DNA of 64,000 nucleotides from Selaginella moellendorffii (lineage: Eukaryota; Plantae; Lycopodiophyta), in assembly GCF_000143415.4 (NCBI RefSeq), contig NW_003314390.1:24973-88972 (forward strand), given 5' to 3'. The first letter of the stretch is position 1. Every line of letters begins with the position of its first letter. Shown one piece after another: positions 1 through 11,134 of this stretch. Position numbers and translations under genes: made by a program. The notes below the pieces were generated by a model. It did no database searches. It worked only from the letters and a program-made list of their open reading frames with translations, and was not told the origin of the DNA.

Positions 1-13
1 ATCCATCGCATTA

Positions 14-960
14 TCACACAAGAAAACAACCTTCAAGAGGGCAGCCCAATTTGCAAAATCTCTTTTTGTACAAAGGGATAAAACACTGCTCCAATGCAGT
101 GGCAGCAGTACTACTGCTCGCCATGTTCTGCCGTACTTTGTGTAGCCAGCGGTTGTTGATCAGAAAGCACAAGTCTCTCCTAGCATGGTGAACCATCAGG
201 ATCTATAATCTGATACCATGATAATGATCTGAGGAGACGCTAGAAAACAGGGTACATGGCCATGGCCGTGGCCACCAGCGTCTGACCTAACTACCCCGTG
301 CCACGTGGCAGAAGCCTGACTCTGAACGAGCTCCTTGAGTAACCATCAATCCAATATCGCCTCCAACTTCCAGCATGTGTGAATAAGCACCAAGTTTAAG
401 CGTCATATTGTCCCAAGCTTACAGCCATGTTGAGTTGTTGACGTTTGCCATATCATCAATCTCTAACAACACAAGTGATGCTTGATACAATTGTGAGAAT
501 CCAAGGCCATAGTGCACTCCTTTGATGCAAACCGTGTTCATAGACCACATCCTCATGGTCTGACCGAGAGGGTATAACCAAATGCCCACCTTTGAGTCTA
601 AATGAAATGGCTTTAGAACATCATACCCTCGCTTGTGTGTAAGGTATCAGCATTTGAGTGCGAGCTATTGAGGGTTGCATTGATGGAATCTCCACCCATT
701 GCTTGGTCACTGGGTTTCCAACCATGAAAGGCCTTTTGGAATAACGAGAAGATAATTCCCTGGGCAGACAAAACTACTTGCGACCCATGCGGGGCAAACC
801 AGTTCTCAATAGATATTTCTTTCCCCATCAGACTCCATGCTGGTTACTTCTAGAAGCGTCTGAGCTCGTTGAATGAAGTATACCCTTGGTGCAGAAACAG
901 GAACTTGGTTCATCCATTGTTCCGTGAAGTATGGATGCCGTTGCAAATGAAACCATTGCT
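14..960 (-). pseudogene. Degraded F-box-associated (beta-propeller type) gene fragment
   Basis: Broken minus-strand frames give YDS-W / V-x-G-x-x-Y / L-E-x-G-G-like motifs (DSKVGIW..VCIKGVHYGL..HMLEVGGDIGLMV), typical of plant F-box C-terminal domains. Several stops and frameshifts. Confidence 0.35.
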
Positions 961-1172
961 TACACGCCGGCTGCAGCCGCAAAACATCTTCGGCTGGTAG
1001 AAAGGACAGTACATGAGCATTCCATCTCGACTGGGCTTGAGCGTGAATCCATGCATCTGAGAGGAAGCTCTCGGTAGATTTGATGAACGAGAGAGAATCA
1101 TACCTTCTTCCCAGAGTACGGGTTCAGCAAATAGAGAAGCCTAATTTTGCCACCAGCGACTTCCACGGTATC

Positions 1173-1295
1173 TATTCGGGAATGCCAGCCGCTGCTGGCG
1201 CTACGCCCGGGGCCTGCCGGGCGTCTCTCTTATTGACTATAAGAACTGAACAGACACGACGGGTCAAAGAGGGAATCACGAATATTCCCTCAATA
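1173..1295 (-). repeat. Copia 3' LTR (123 bp, TATT...AATA ends)
   Basis: Near-identical to 3262-3393 apart from one C/T change and a 9-bp net deletion. Confidence 0.95.
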
Positions 1296-3261
1296 CTCCC
1301 ACTCAAGTTGAGCTCGCGATACTTCTTTTCTTCACGCCCAGAGCTTGTGCGTGTCGCGCGAACACTCGGTGGAAGTGCCTCGTGAATATATCTGCCACCA
1401 TCTCCGTGGTAGCACAGTAGACGAGTTCCACTTTCTTCACCGCTACCTGTTCACGAATAAAATGAAACTGAACCTGGATGTGTTTTGCGATGAAATCTTG
1501 GATTCTTCGTCAAGGCAATAGCTCCTTGATTGTCGCAATGCAGAACCGTTGCCTCCCCTTGCTCGTAGCTTAGACCGTTCAGCAGAGTCCTGAGCCAAAG
1601 AATTTCCTTGGCTGCTTGGGTCATCCCGATATACTCAGCCTCTGTGCTCGAGAGAGCCACGATTGGCTGCCGCTGGCTGCTCCATGTAACTGCTGCGCTG
1701 CCCAGGCTGAAGACGTAGCCTACGCTGATCAACTTCCCCTGCCCAGTCTGCATCCGAGAATTTGAGTTGAGGCTGCTCTTGTTTTGTGTAGTACAAAACA
1801 TAATCGGCTGTCCCCTTCAGGTAACGAAACACACGCTTAACTGCCTGCCAGTGCTGGAAGCCGGGATTTGCCAGGAACTGCGAAACCACTCCCACTGAAT
1901 AGGCGATCTCTGGCCTGGTACAAACCATGAGGTAGACTAAACTGCCTACCATCTGCCTGTACGGGATCCTCTCCATCACTGCTTTCGCTGCTTCCGTCTG
2001 AGGTGCCATGTTCTTACTGAGGTGCATGCCAACTTCCATTGGCGTTGATGCAGAGTTGACGTCACTAAGCTTGAATTTCTGGAGGAGCTCTTCAATATAT
2101 TTCTTCTGAGACATTTCTAGTGTGCCCTTCCTCCTGTCTCTGAAGATCTGGATGCCAAGACAGTACTTGACGCTCCCAAGGTCCACCATCTTGAATCTCG
2201 AGCTGAGATCTTTCTTCAGTTGATGAATCAGCTTCTTGCTTTTGCTGAGGAGCAAGCAGTCGTCCACGTACAAAGCCAACAGCACCAGGAGAGCTCCCAC
2301 TTGCTTAATATACACATTAGTGTCTGCAGAGGGACTCTCGAAGCCAAGGGCAAGAAGAAACGAGTTCATCTTTGCGTACCAGGCACGAGGCGATTGCTTC
2401 AGGCGCCTTCTTGAGCTTGCATACCAAGTGCTCTCGTCCTTTGGCAATAAATCCGGCTGGTTGCTCAATGTAGACTTCCTCCTCCAAGTCGCCATTCAGG
2501 AACGCCGTCGTTACATCCATGTGCTCGACGTGCATGTCTTCGTGAGCTGCTAAGTTGTAGAGAAGTCGAATTGATGCAAGCTTCACCACTGGTGAAAAGG
2601 TCTCATAGAAGTCGACTCCTTCGACTTGTGAGAATCCTCTCACAACAAATCTGACTTTGTAGCGCGTGTCTCCATCAGGTCCTGTCTTGAGCCGCAAGAG
2701 GAACTTGGTCTTAATCACCTTCCTCCCAGGTGGCAGCTCCACAAGATCCCAGGTCTTGTTCTCCATCAATGAGCTGTACTCAGCTTTTCGAGCCTTATTA
2801 GCTTTCTTGGCCTCTTCGTTTGCCCAGTGCCCTGGTTTCTTGCAAATGTTACAGCGATCATTCTTCTTTTTCTTCTTGAACTTTTCTGGTTTGCTGCTCT
2901 CGCCCTGATCGTTCATTGGTCCTAATCTGTCCCACACTGTGACAGATCGTTTCCCCTTTCCTGCGAAGAGTGCCAATTCTTTCTCATTTGAGCTCGCTTG
3001 CCCTGACTTGAGAAAACCCTCCAACGCTGTGAGGTTAGCTACGATCTGGCTGAAAGTGTTACTGGAACTTAAATGATGCGACCCTGCGAGTTGCATTGGT
3101 CCAAGCCCCTTGAAGAAAGCTGTGATCAGCTCATCTTCATCGAAGTCCTTCATTTGAACTGCATCGATGGATTCTGTCTGAAGAGAAGAGAGCGGCCCTG
3201 AGGCGCTGACAGAGGCAGCGCCATCGTCCCAGGATCTGAAGCCCTCAGGGCTCCGATACCA

Positions 3262-3393
3262 TATTCGGGAATGCTAGCCGCTGCTGGCGCTACGCCCGGG
3301 GCCTGCCGGGCGTCTCTCTTATTGACTATAAGAACTGAACAGACACGACGGGTCAACTTGACCCACGAGGGAATCACGAATATTCCCTCAATA
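3262..3393 (-). repeat. Copia 5' LTR (132 bp)
   Basis: Abuts the PBS on one side and the GTATC TSD on the other. Confidence 0.95.
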
Positions 3394-3645
3394 GTATCAA
3401 CACCCACGAGACGGAGTTTAAAACACTCGATGCATCGGAGAAATCAATTACGTCTTACCTTATCAAAAGACCTTATGTCCCTACGTCAAACAGCTTGATT
3501 TCTCAACAGCAAATACCAGGCCTTGCTCTGAGAAAGTTCCGAAAGAAAGGAAAGATGCTTTTCTTACTTGGAAAACGTTGCTGCGCAGATGCCACAACCG
3601 GACAGTGTGATCCAATTACATGAACGAATCGTTCTTCGGGGACAC

Positions 3646-4375
3646 TTCACGACCAAGCCCTCCATTGCTTTTTCGTCCTGGGAAGATTTGTCGAAGAGTC
3701 AGCAACCAGAATTACTCCAGGTTGCTGCATGTTGACAACTCATCGTCAGACACTCTAAAGTGCGTCACAGTGTACGAAGGAATGGATGAACCTAGTGGTG
3801 AGGAAACTAGTCCAGTTTGTTCCTGCTGGTGGAAAAAATCCATCTGTTCCAAGGAACCATTGGACATGAGCTCGTAGACGAGCAGCCTTCTGAAGCATCA
3901 GAAGCGACTTATGTTTCCCAGAGCCGAGACTTCTGTTACCAACTCCTTTTGTCCATGCTGTGTCACTGCTCAAGGACTGGCCTACTTGTAGACGTTGCAT
4001 TTCTTTTTCGCTGTTGAGTGAATCAGCCTCTCTGGAGCTAAGTAGCCTGGAGTTCCTCTCACTCCAGTGACCATTCTATTTCGACTGTCAATGAGTAGTT
4101 TCGCTATTGCGACTTTGGCCTACTTGTCACCCAGGATGTTGGCTTGAGATCCAAGTGGATGGTCGAGTCTCTGGATTCCTCGTGGAGACTGCTCCAAGAT
4201 CGAGTCACCACTCCCGGCCTGGGCCATGAGCGAAATCCAGAAAGGGAACACGATGCAAGTGGTGTCAAGGACTCAGAGGCAGGCAAAGAATCTAATCCAG
4301 ATGACTAATGCAATGGTGCGAATCTTCACTTACCTTCCAGTTTGATGTCCAGGCGCCTGGAATCCTCACATTCAC
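3646..4375 (+). pseudogene. Scrambled G-type lectin S-receptor kinase pseudogene (paralog of 28865-31369) with two internal inversions
   Basis: Plus-strand pieces: QNYSRL, TVYEG, GLAYL, PAWAM, PLTFQFDVQAPGIL. Minus-strand pieces 3810-3962 (LLVYE..NGSL) and 3989-4184 (HEESRD..GTPGYLAPE) match 29235-29690. Confidence 0.85.
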
Positions 4376-4460
4376 ATACCATCACCAAAAACCCATTCGC
4401 CATGAGCTTCACATTTCATTTTCCCGCGGAACAGAGAAATCCTAAAAACACAGCGACCGT

Positions 4461-5640
4461 TCACGAAAAGTATCTGCCTCTTAATTTCATGATCACAACA
4501 GTATTGACACGAAAGCCCCAAAGGGTAGCACTCTGAAACGCTCCAGCCCCTTGAATGACCGCTTGGCCCTTCGAATAGTTAGCCCCCGCAAAAGCGCTCG
4601 CCCTGCTATTCATCGCCATCCTCGCACCCAGCGCCGCCATTACATGGTATGGAGTGAACTTGAGCACTCTGTCGCCCACCGCAATGCACAGCATTCCCTA
4701 ATAGAACTTCTTGGCGTCTGGCGAGAAGAAGCCGCCCATGACCTCGGTGCTCGGGAGTGCATACCACTGCACAATGCATTCGCAATACCAAAGGAGAGTG
4801 AAGCACAAAACCAAAGGAGAAGATTCATCACCTTTGGGGCAATGAACAAATCGCCAACAGTGTAAGTACGAATGGGGTACTCCGGATCGCTCATATCGCT
4901 GTAGCTCTTTCGAAGATACGATGTTCCAGCCTCGAGCATGTTGTCCATTGTTGTCTTAGGCCAAGTTGTCGTCCCTGGCTTTGTAGACTTGGCAAAATCT
5001 AAAAGAGATGGTCTTTGAAGCTAGACATCCACACCAAACTGAGCTATACCTGCGTACGCAGCATCGGAGATTTCGCTTCCTCCCGTTTTGATTTGCCCCT
5101 CCGCTTCCAGGATTGCATACGTGAACTTGGTCCTTGGGAACGCTAGCAGATACACTGCAAGAGCTTAATCCAGAGAGAGTTTGTGAAAAGAGCTTTACGC
5201 TGTTTATAGTGTCGGCTTGACAAGTTATGTTGTGCTTCTACTTGTGCATATGCAGTATCTTGAGCGACTGCGTCCCAATCCTCGTCGTCCTTGAATTCGC
5301 AAAGCAGCACACAACGTTGTGGCGACATGAAAAGTTTCTCCAGCTTGCCCGCACGGTTGTGAGGCTCTTCATCGAAGACAAACACTCTAGCACCGGTACT
5401 GCGCTTAGGCGATTCCTGACTTTGTTTTCCTGTGCAAATTTCGGACTGCTTCGTCCCTTACGTTGTATTCCACTTCTGTAGAAATCGTAAACTTTTGCAC
5501 TTGTCGGATAAGTTCCAGACGCCTGAGGCTCTCTATAACTCCTGTTTTGCTTAGATCAGGATTGTAAGCCTGCACATACTCTGCCATGGAAAGAGTTACT
5601 GTTTGTAGGCACATGTCAAGCGTCTCCTTGCTCATTTCAA
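4461..5640 (-). pseudogene. PD-(D/E)XK restriction-endonuclease-like gene remnant (possible Crinkler-type REase + kinase-like)
   Basis: Spliced reading gives ..CVLLCEFKDDEDWDAVAQDTAYAQVEAQHN..YLLAFP.., an E-x-K plus AxAQxxxY motif. Short GT-AG introns, a frameshift near 5400-5450 and an in-frame TAG near 4700. Confidence 0.5.
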
Positions 5641-8600
5641 ACTGACCAAGTTGGGATGAACAAACCAAAGCAAATCTCGCTTGGCTGGAAAGAAAATGGA
5701 TCCGTTTTCCAGGCTCCTTGATTTTAATTAATCGACTTGTTTTGTGTTTTAATTCTTTTAATAAACATTTTATTAGGATTTTTTTCTAATTTTAAAAATG
5801 GGCATACAAGTATTTATATAAAATTCAGAATTTTTATTCTTTTATCATTATTGAAAATTTTCAAAATAAAAACAATTGTAAAGTTATATTTTAGTTATAT
5901 TTATAGCTAAAATAGAGAAAATATTAATTATTTCTAATTAAAAAAGTTATTTAGTTAAAGAAAAGATTTTAACCATATATTGTATATATAACAAATTAAT
6001 TTAATAAATTATTTAGGTTATCTCTGTTACTATTTAAATAATTTGCAATGCATTGCATGTAGCAATGCTTGATTTACTTAATAGTAGTGTTATTTCTATT
6101 TATTGATTAAATTAATCAAATGAAAGTTTATAATTATAAACATGAAAGACAAGATTATATAGACTATTAGATGTTAGAATCAACTAGAATATACTAGGAA
6201 GTTTATAAACAATAAATATGTTTATAAATTATAAATACAAGATTAATCTAAATGAATAACAACCATTAGATTGTAAAAGATCCTAGAATATCAAAGCATA
6301 TTTTAGGTATATCCACTATCACCCACAGGTTTTTTAAGCAAACTAAAAATAAAGAAATTAAATATAATAATATTTACTAAGAATGTATAATAATAACTTA
6401 ATTAAATCTATGAAGTACTGTAAAACGTTTTATGATTTTTCAATAAAAGATAATAAATAAATAAATATATAAATATAAAAATGTATATATATGTATGTAT
6501 AAGAATAAAACTTAAACTTATAATAGGAAAAATGTATTCTAAAGTTTTTATATATACAATACCTTAAAAAAATAAAAATAAAAAGGTCTAAATATACAGC
6601 TATAATGCCATATATATTAACATAGTGGGATTTTGGTAGCAAACATATTAGTTTCAATTTAGACCATTTTCTTTTATATATAAATTAAGGTTTTTGGGCT
6701 AATTGATATGCACATTTCTTTTTATATTCTATACACTCACATTGGTGGAGATGATGGGCAATTTTGATTGTCCTTAAGAAGTGTTAAGATTTAGGATTTT
6801 GGTTTAAATTTAACTTTTGCATTATCTAAATTTTCATTTTCTTATAGCTTTTCTCAACTTTTTCTCTTTTATGCTTTCCTTCTTGTTCATCTTTATAGCA
6901 AAGCAATATACTTCACCTCCTTTGACTCTAGAGTAATAGTTAGTGCAATTGCTCAATTTTATATGGTTGCAATTGAATAATCAAATTTAGATGGCAACAT
7001 TCAAACGCATATTTGGACATGTTGATGATTGTGATGATGCTTTTCAATAATTGCATTGTCTTCACCAATGGCCATCTGAGTCAATGATACAATTTGGTGT
7101 TCGTTTTTGAAACCTCTTGCTTCGTGTAAAGTTAAATATGTCAAAGTGGATCAAGTTGGGAATGTTGTGGCAAAAACTTCATCAAGATTTTGTAGGACTT
7201 CTATATGCACTTACTTTAGCCACCATTGACGATACTCTTCACTTGGCATAATGTTACAAAATGTTGTTTTTTCCACTTTTTGTTGTATATCCTTCAATTC
7301 TACTTCCTAAGGTGTATTTGGATCTAAAAACATGATTTATCTTAGGTACTATATTTTTTATAAGGGTTTATAAGTTGATCATGACAAACTTGTGACTATT
7401 CTAAAGTTTCCCACTCCAAAGTGTGTGAATTATGTGTAACACTTCTTGGGCAAGATGCAGTATCTTAGTTATTTTATTGATCTTCTTTTTTATTGTACTG
7501 TACCATTGCAAACATTGCTAAAGTCATTAACATCATCTTTTATATGGTTTATAAACTGTGAGTAAATCTTTACGGATCTCAAAGAGCTATTAATTACTCC
7601 TCCGGTTTGGCATATCTTGATTACACTCAACCTTTCATTTTACGCAAAGATACTTCCAGTCATGGAGGTGTGTTAATGCAAGAGAGCTCGAGTGTGTCGG
7701 GTCAACGCCATCCTATTGTATATATCAAATGTGTATTACAACTAGTAGAAGTGAATTACTCCATGATAGGGAAGGAGTGTTTAGTAGCAGTTTGGGGTTT
7801 CTAGAAACTTCATGCACATTTATATGATTTGTAGAGGTTATTATAAAGTGATCATGCTATAGTTCCTTCATTATTAAAGCAAAATGACTTGGTTGATTGT
7901 ACTATTTTTCCCTTTTGCGATCCCTTTAATAGTTTTTGTGTTGTAGTAGTTGATCAGCTTATGAAGGAATATGCTAATCTCTTTGAATTTGACTTATTGT
8001 CTAAGGCCAAAATTCCCATACATCATCCAATTCCAACTGAGGATGTTTGTCCAATCAAAGTTCTTATTCGTCATTGGTCACCCAAAGAAATCAAAATTTT
8101 ACATGAAAACGTTAAGGAAATGTTGGAAAAGTGTGTTATTTAAAAGTTACGGAGTCTTTGGGCATGTGAATTTCATCTTGTGACAAAACCTAATGAGAGT
8201 ATTCATTTCTACATTGATTATTACTCATTAAACGAAGTGATGATCCTAAATGTGTACCCTCTTCCTCACATTGCTGATCTCTTGAATCATCTAAGGAGAA
8301 ATTGTTGATTCACTAAGTTAGATTTTGTTTCTGGGTATTTACAAGTACTGATAGCCGAATAAAATATTTCTAAGATTGCTTTTTGTACACTATTTGGTTT
8401 GTATAAGTTCGTGGTGATGCTATTTGGTTTGAACAATGCTTTAACGACTTTCTAGTATATGATGGACAAGGTTCTTTGTGATATGCCGAAGGTGACTATT
8501 GACTTCATCAATGATGTTTTAATCCATTCGGAGGGGACATGGGAGGAACATGTCTGTGATGTTTGTAAAGTGTTAGATTGGCTATGGGAAGTTGATTTAA

Positions 8601-9714
8601 AACTGAAATAGTCGAAACGCATGTTTGGATCCAAGGACACAACTCATTTTAGGTACCATATTTCTCACGAGGGATTGCAAGTTGATCCTGACAAACTTGT
8701 GGCTAATGTAAAGTTCTCTACTCTGAAGTGTGTGAATGATGTGTAATGCTTTCTGAGTAAAATGCAATATCTTGGTCATTTTATGGATCATTTCCTAGGT
8801 AAGGTGCAATATCTTGGTCATTTTATGAATCTTCTTTTTTATCGCATTACACCATTGTGAGTGTTGCTAAAGTCATCAACATCATTTTTTATCTGATCTA
8901 CAAAATGTGAATAGGCGTTCATGGATTTCAAGGAGCTATTGACGACTCCTTTGGTTTTGGCATATTTTAACTACACTTTACTTTTCATTTTGTGCATGGA
9001 TGTTTATGATATTTGTTTTGGAGGTGTGTTAATGCAAAAGAGCCCAAGTGTACTTGGTTAACACCATCCCATTGCATATATAAGCTGTACATTGCAATCG
9101 ATAAAGGCAAACTACTCCACAACAAAAAATGAGTGTTTAATAGCAATTTTGGGTTTCAAGAAAACTTTATGCATATTTATATGGTTCTTAGATATTCCTA
9201 AAAGGTGATCATGGTATAGTTACTTCATTATTGAAGTGGAAGAACCTAGTTGGTCGTATTGCTCAGTGGGTTTTGAAGCTTCAGATATATTATTTTGATG
9301 TTGTTCATCACCTAAGGAGTTCTATGGCTGATGCTAATACCCTTTTTCAAACTCCTTTTTCTTCTTTAATCTTTTCTCATGTTTCTGATGAGCCTGTTGT
9401 TTCAGTATCTATAAATTTTCTAAATGAGGATTTTATGCCATCGGCAATTGTACTTGACGTTCAATGTCCACAAAGTGCAGAGCAAGATTTACCTTCTCTT
9501 GATGAGGTTCATGAGGCTTAAAAGATTGAGCCATGGTTTTGAAGGCTAGTTGAGATTCTTACATCACTTACTAATGACTTGCCATTCCAGCATTTACATT
9601 TTCAATATCGCCTTGAAAATGGCATTCCTTATTTTATGGGGATGGATCCTGATAATCATTTATAGCTGGTGGTGCTTTTAATTTTTATTGCATGGTTTCT
9701 TCATGCCAACCATG

Positions 9715-9909
9715 TGTAAGCTCCTGAATTTGGACTTCCCAGGAGGTCACCCAGCCTAATACTATTCAAACCCAAGGACGTTTAACCCCATATATCCCAA
9801 GACCCTTAATTAATTGGAAAACGGGGTGCACTCTTGTCCATGGGCCCTTTCCCTCTATATTTGAACCCCAATGGATCATCTCTCGAGTCGTTCTCTTTGG
9901 TTGTTTACA
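9715..9909. mobile_element. Solo LTR (195 bp) nested in the decayed Gypsy integrase
   Basis: TGTAA...TTACA termini and 5-bp TSD CCATG at 9710-9714 and 9910-9914. Host sequence resumes exactly as in the intact copy. Confidence 0.88.
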
Positions 9910-10768
9910 CCATGATTCTCCTATTCTAGGTGGGTATATGGGATATTGTTGTGTGACTGAAAAGCTGTACATGTCTTTCTATTAGCTGAAGATGTGATGT
10001 GATATTATTTGGTATGTGTGTAGCTGCATTTGGTGCCAAGCTCGTAATACTCCCCCTTGTGCTAAAGAAGGACGGTTGGAGTCAATTGCAATTTCTCATC
10101 CATTTGAGTTTATGGCGTTTGATTTTATGGGACTTTTTCCACAATTGAGTATTGGCAATGAGTATATTATTATTACTTTTGATTACTTGACTTGCTAGGT
10201 GGAAGTTGATGTTCTTGCTAGTGCCTTCATAACTACTGTTGGATACTTCCTCTTCAATTGAGTGGTGTTCCAACATTCTTTCAAATAATGGTCCTATATT
10301 TATGGCTGAGGCATTTAATGTTTTTACGTCTCAATTGAGGATACGTCACACTTTCACGAATGCTTATCATCCACAGTCAGACAGTTTAGTGGAAGGGCTC
10401 ATTTGGACATTCAAAGGGATCATCGTGAAGTATATGAACTTTCAGCATTCGAATTGGGATGGTTATTTGCCATCTTTTCGATATGTATATGTTATAGGGG
10501 TGCAAAGTTCTATTGGTGTTTCACCATATAAATTTTTATATAGTCATAATCCAATATAACCAATGGAATTAACTTGACCTTCAAGATTACCATGAGATAC
10601 CAATACTAAGTCATGGGATTAATATTTGAAAAACATTCTTCCACTTGTCTGAGCAAAGTTTGGTGAACAATTGGGTTGCATACAAGTGGGACAATAAAGT
10701 GCTATAACTTCCATCATCATCCACTTGCAAAATACAAAATGGATGACTTAGTGTTAGTCTATTTTCCA

Positions 10769-11134
10769 TATAACGCACTTTATCTCTCTCCCTTAAGCTA
10801 ACTGGAAAAGGCTTGGTTTGTGGATGCTCCACCAAGAGGAAGGACATATGTATGGATGCCTAATATGTACGATTTCAACTTTACGGGTAGGAATATATCT
10901 TGCTCAAAGGTATATTATACTTTTAAGTAGCTACTAATCAATGGGAATAAAACCCATGCCATTTGCTTCGAACCACATGAAGTGCACTTTATTTTTCTCT
11001 CTTTAAGCCAATTGGAAAAAGAGTAATTACTTGATGAAAAAGCCCTTAATGGCTATTTTATCCCCATTTATCCTTTAAAGTTCCAAGGATCCATTGTGAC
11101 AATATATTAAAATCTCATCCCATGATCGCATACA
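10769..11134. mobile_element. Second insertion in the decayed Gypsy, possibly an eroded solo LTR
   Basis: ~365 bp absent from the intact copy. Ends tataacgc...cgcataca resemble eroded TGTAACGC...GCGTTACA. TSD not resolved. Confidence 0.4.

Larger units (their letters stand above)
1173..3393 (-). mobile_element. Internally deleted, non-autonomous Ty1/Copia LTR retrotransposon (2.2 kb)
   Basis: LTRs at 3262-3393 and 1173-1295. 5-bp TSD GTATC at 1168-1172 and 3394-3398. PBS TGGTATCGGAG (iMet-like) at 3251-3261; PPT GAGTGGGAG at 1296-1304. The gag Zn-knuckle CNICKKPGHW joins directly to RT (LYVDD) and RNase H (SDADWAG, SSTEAEY, CDNQGA); no protease or integrase; frameshifts. Confidence 0.95.
1010..3645 (-). 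pseudogene. Partial genomic (intron-containing) duplicate of the WDR82 gene, split by a Copia insertion
   Basis: 1010-1172 aligns by eye with 21570-21775 (ctcgactgggcttgagcgtgaatccatgcatctg). 3394-3645 aligns with 21775-22125 (ccacaaccggacagtgtgatccaat). Many small deletions. Confidence 0.85.

Noticed and set aside
209-218. tctgatacca (reverse complement of an iMet PBS core)
   Set aside because: No adjacent LTR or gag sequence; it lies inside an apparent F-box-like relic and is likely chance.
1080-1385. ORFs 1080-1385 and 3271-3498 sharing the peptide AAAGATPGACRASLLL
   Set aside because: They are translations through the two Copia LTRs, not genes.
6082-6089. tagtagtg (CACTA-like terminal repeat), with cactatt at ~11842 and decayed subterminal-like motifs nearby
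   Set aside because: Suggestive of CACTA relics, but no matching TIR pair or TSD could be established in such AT-rich DNA.
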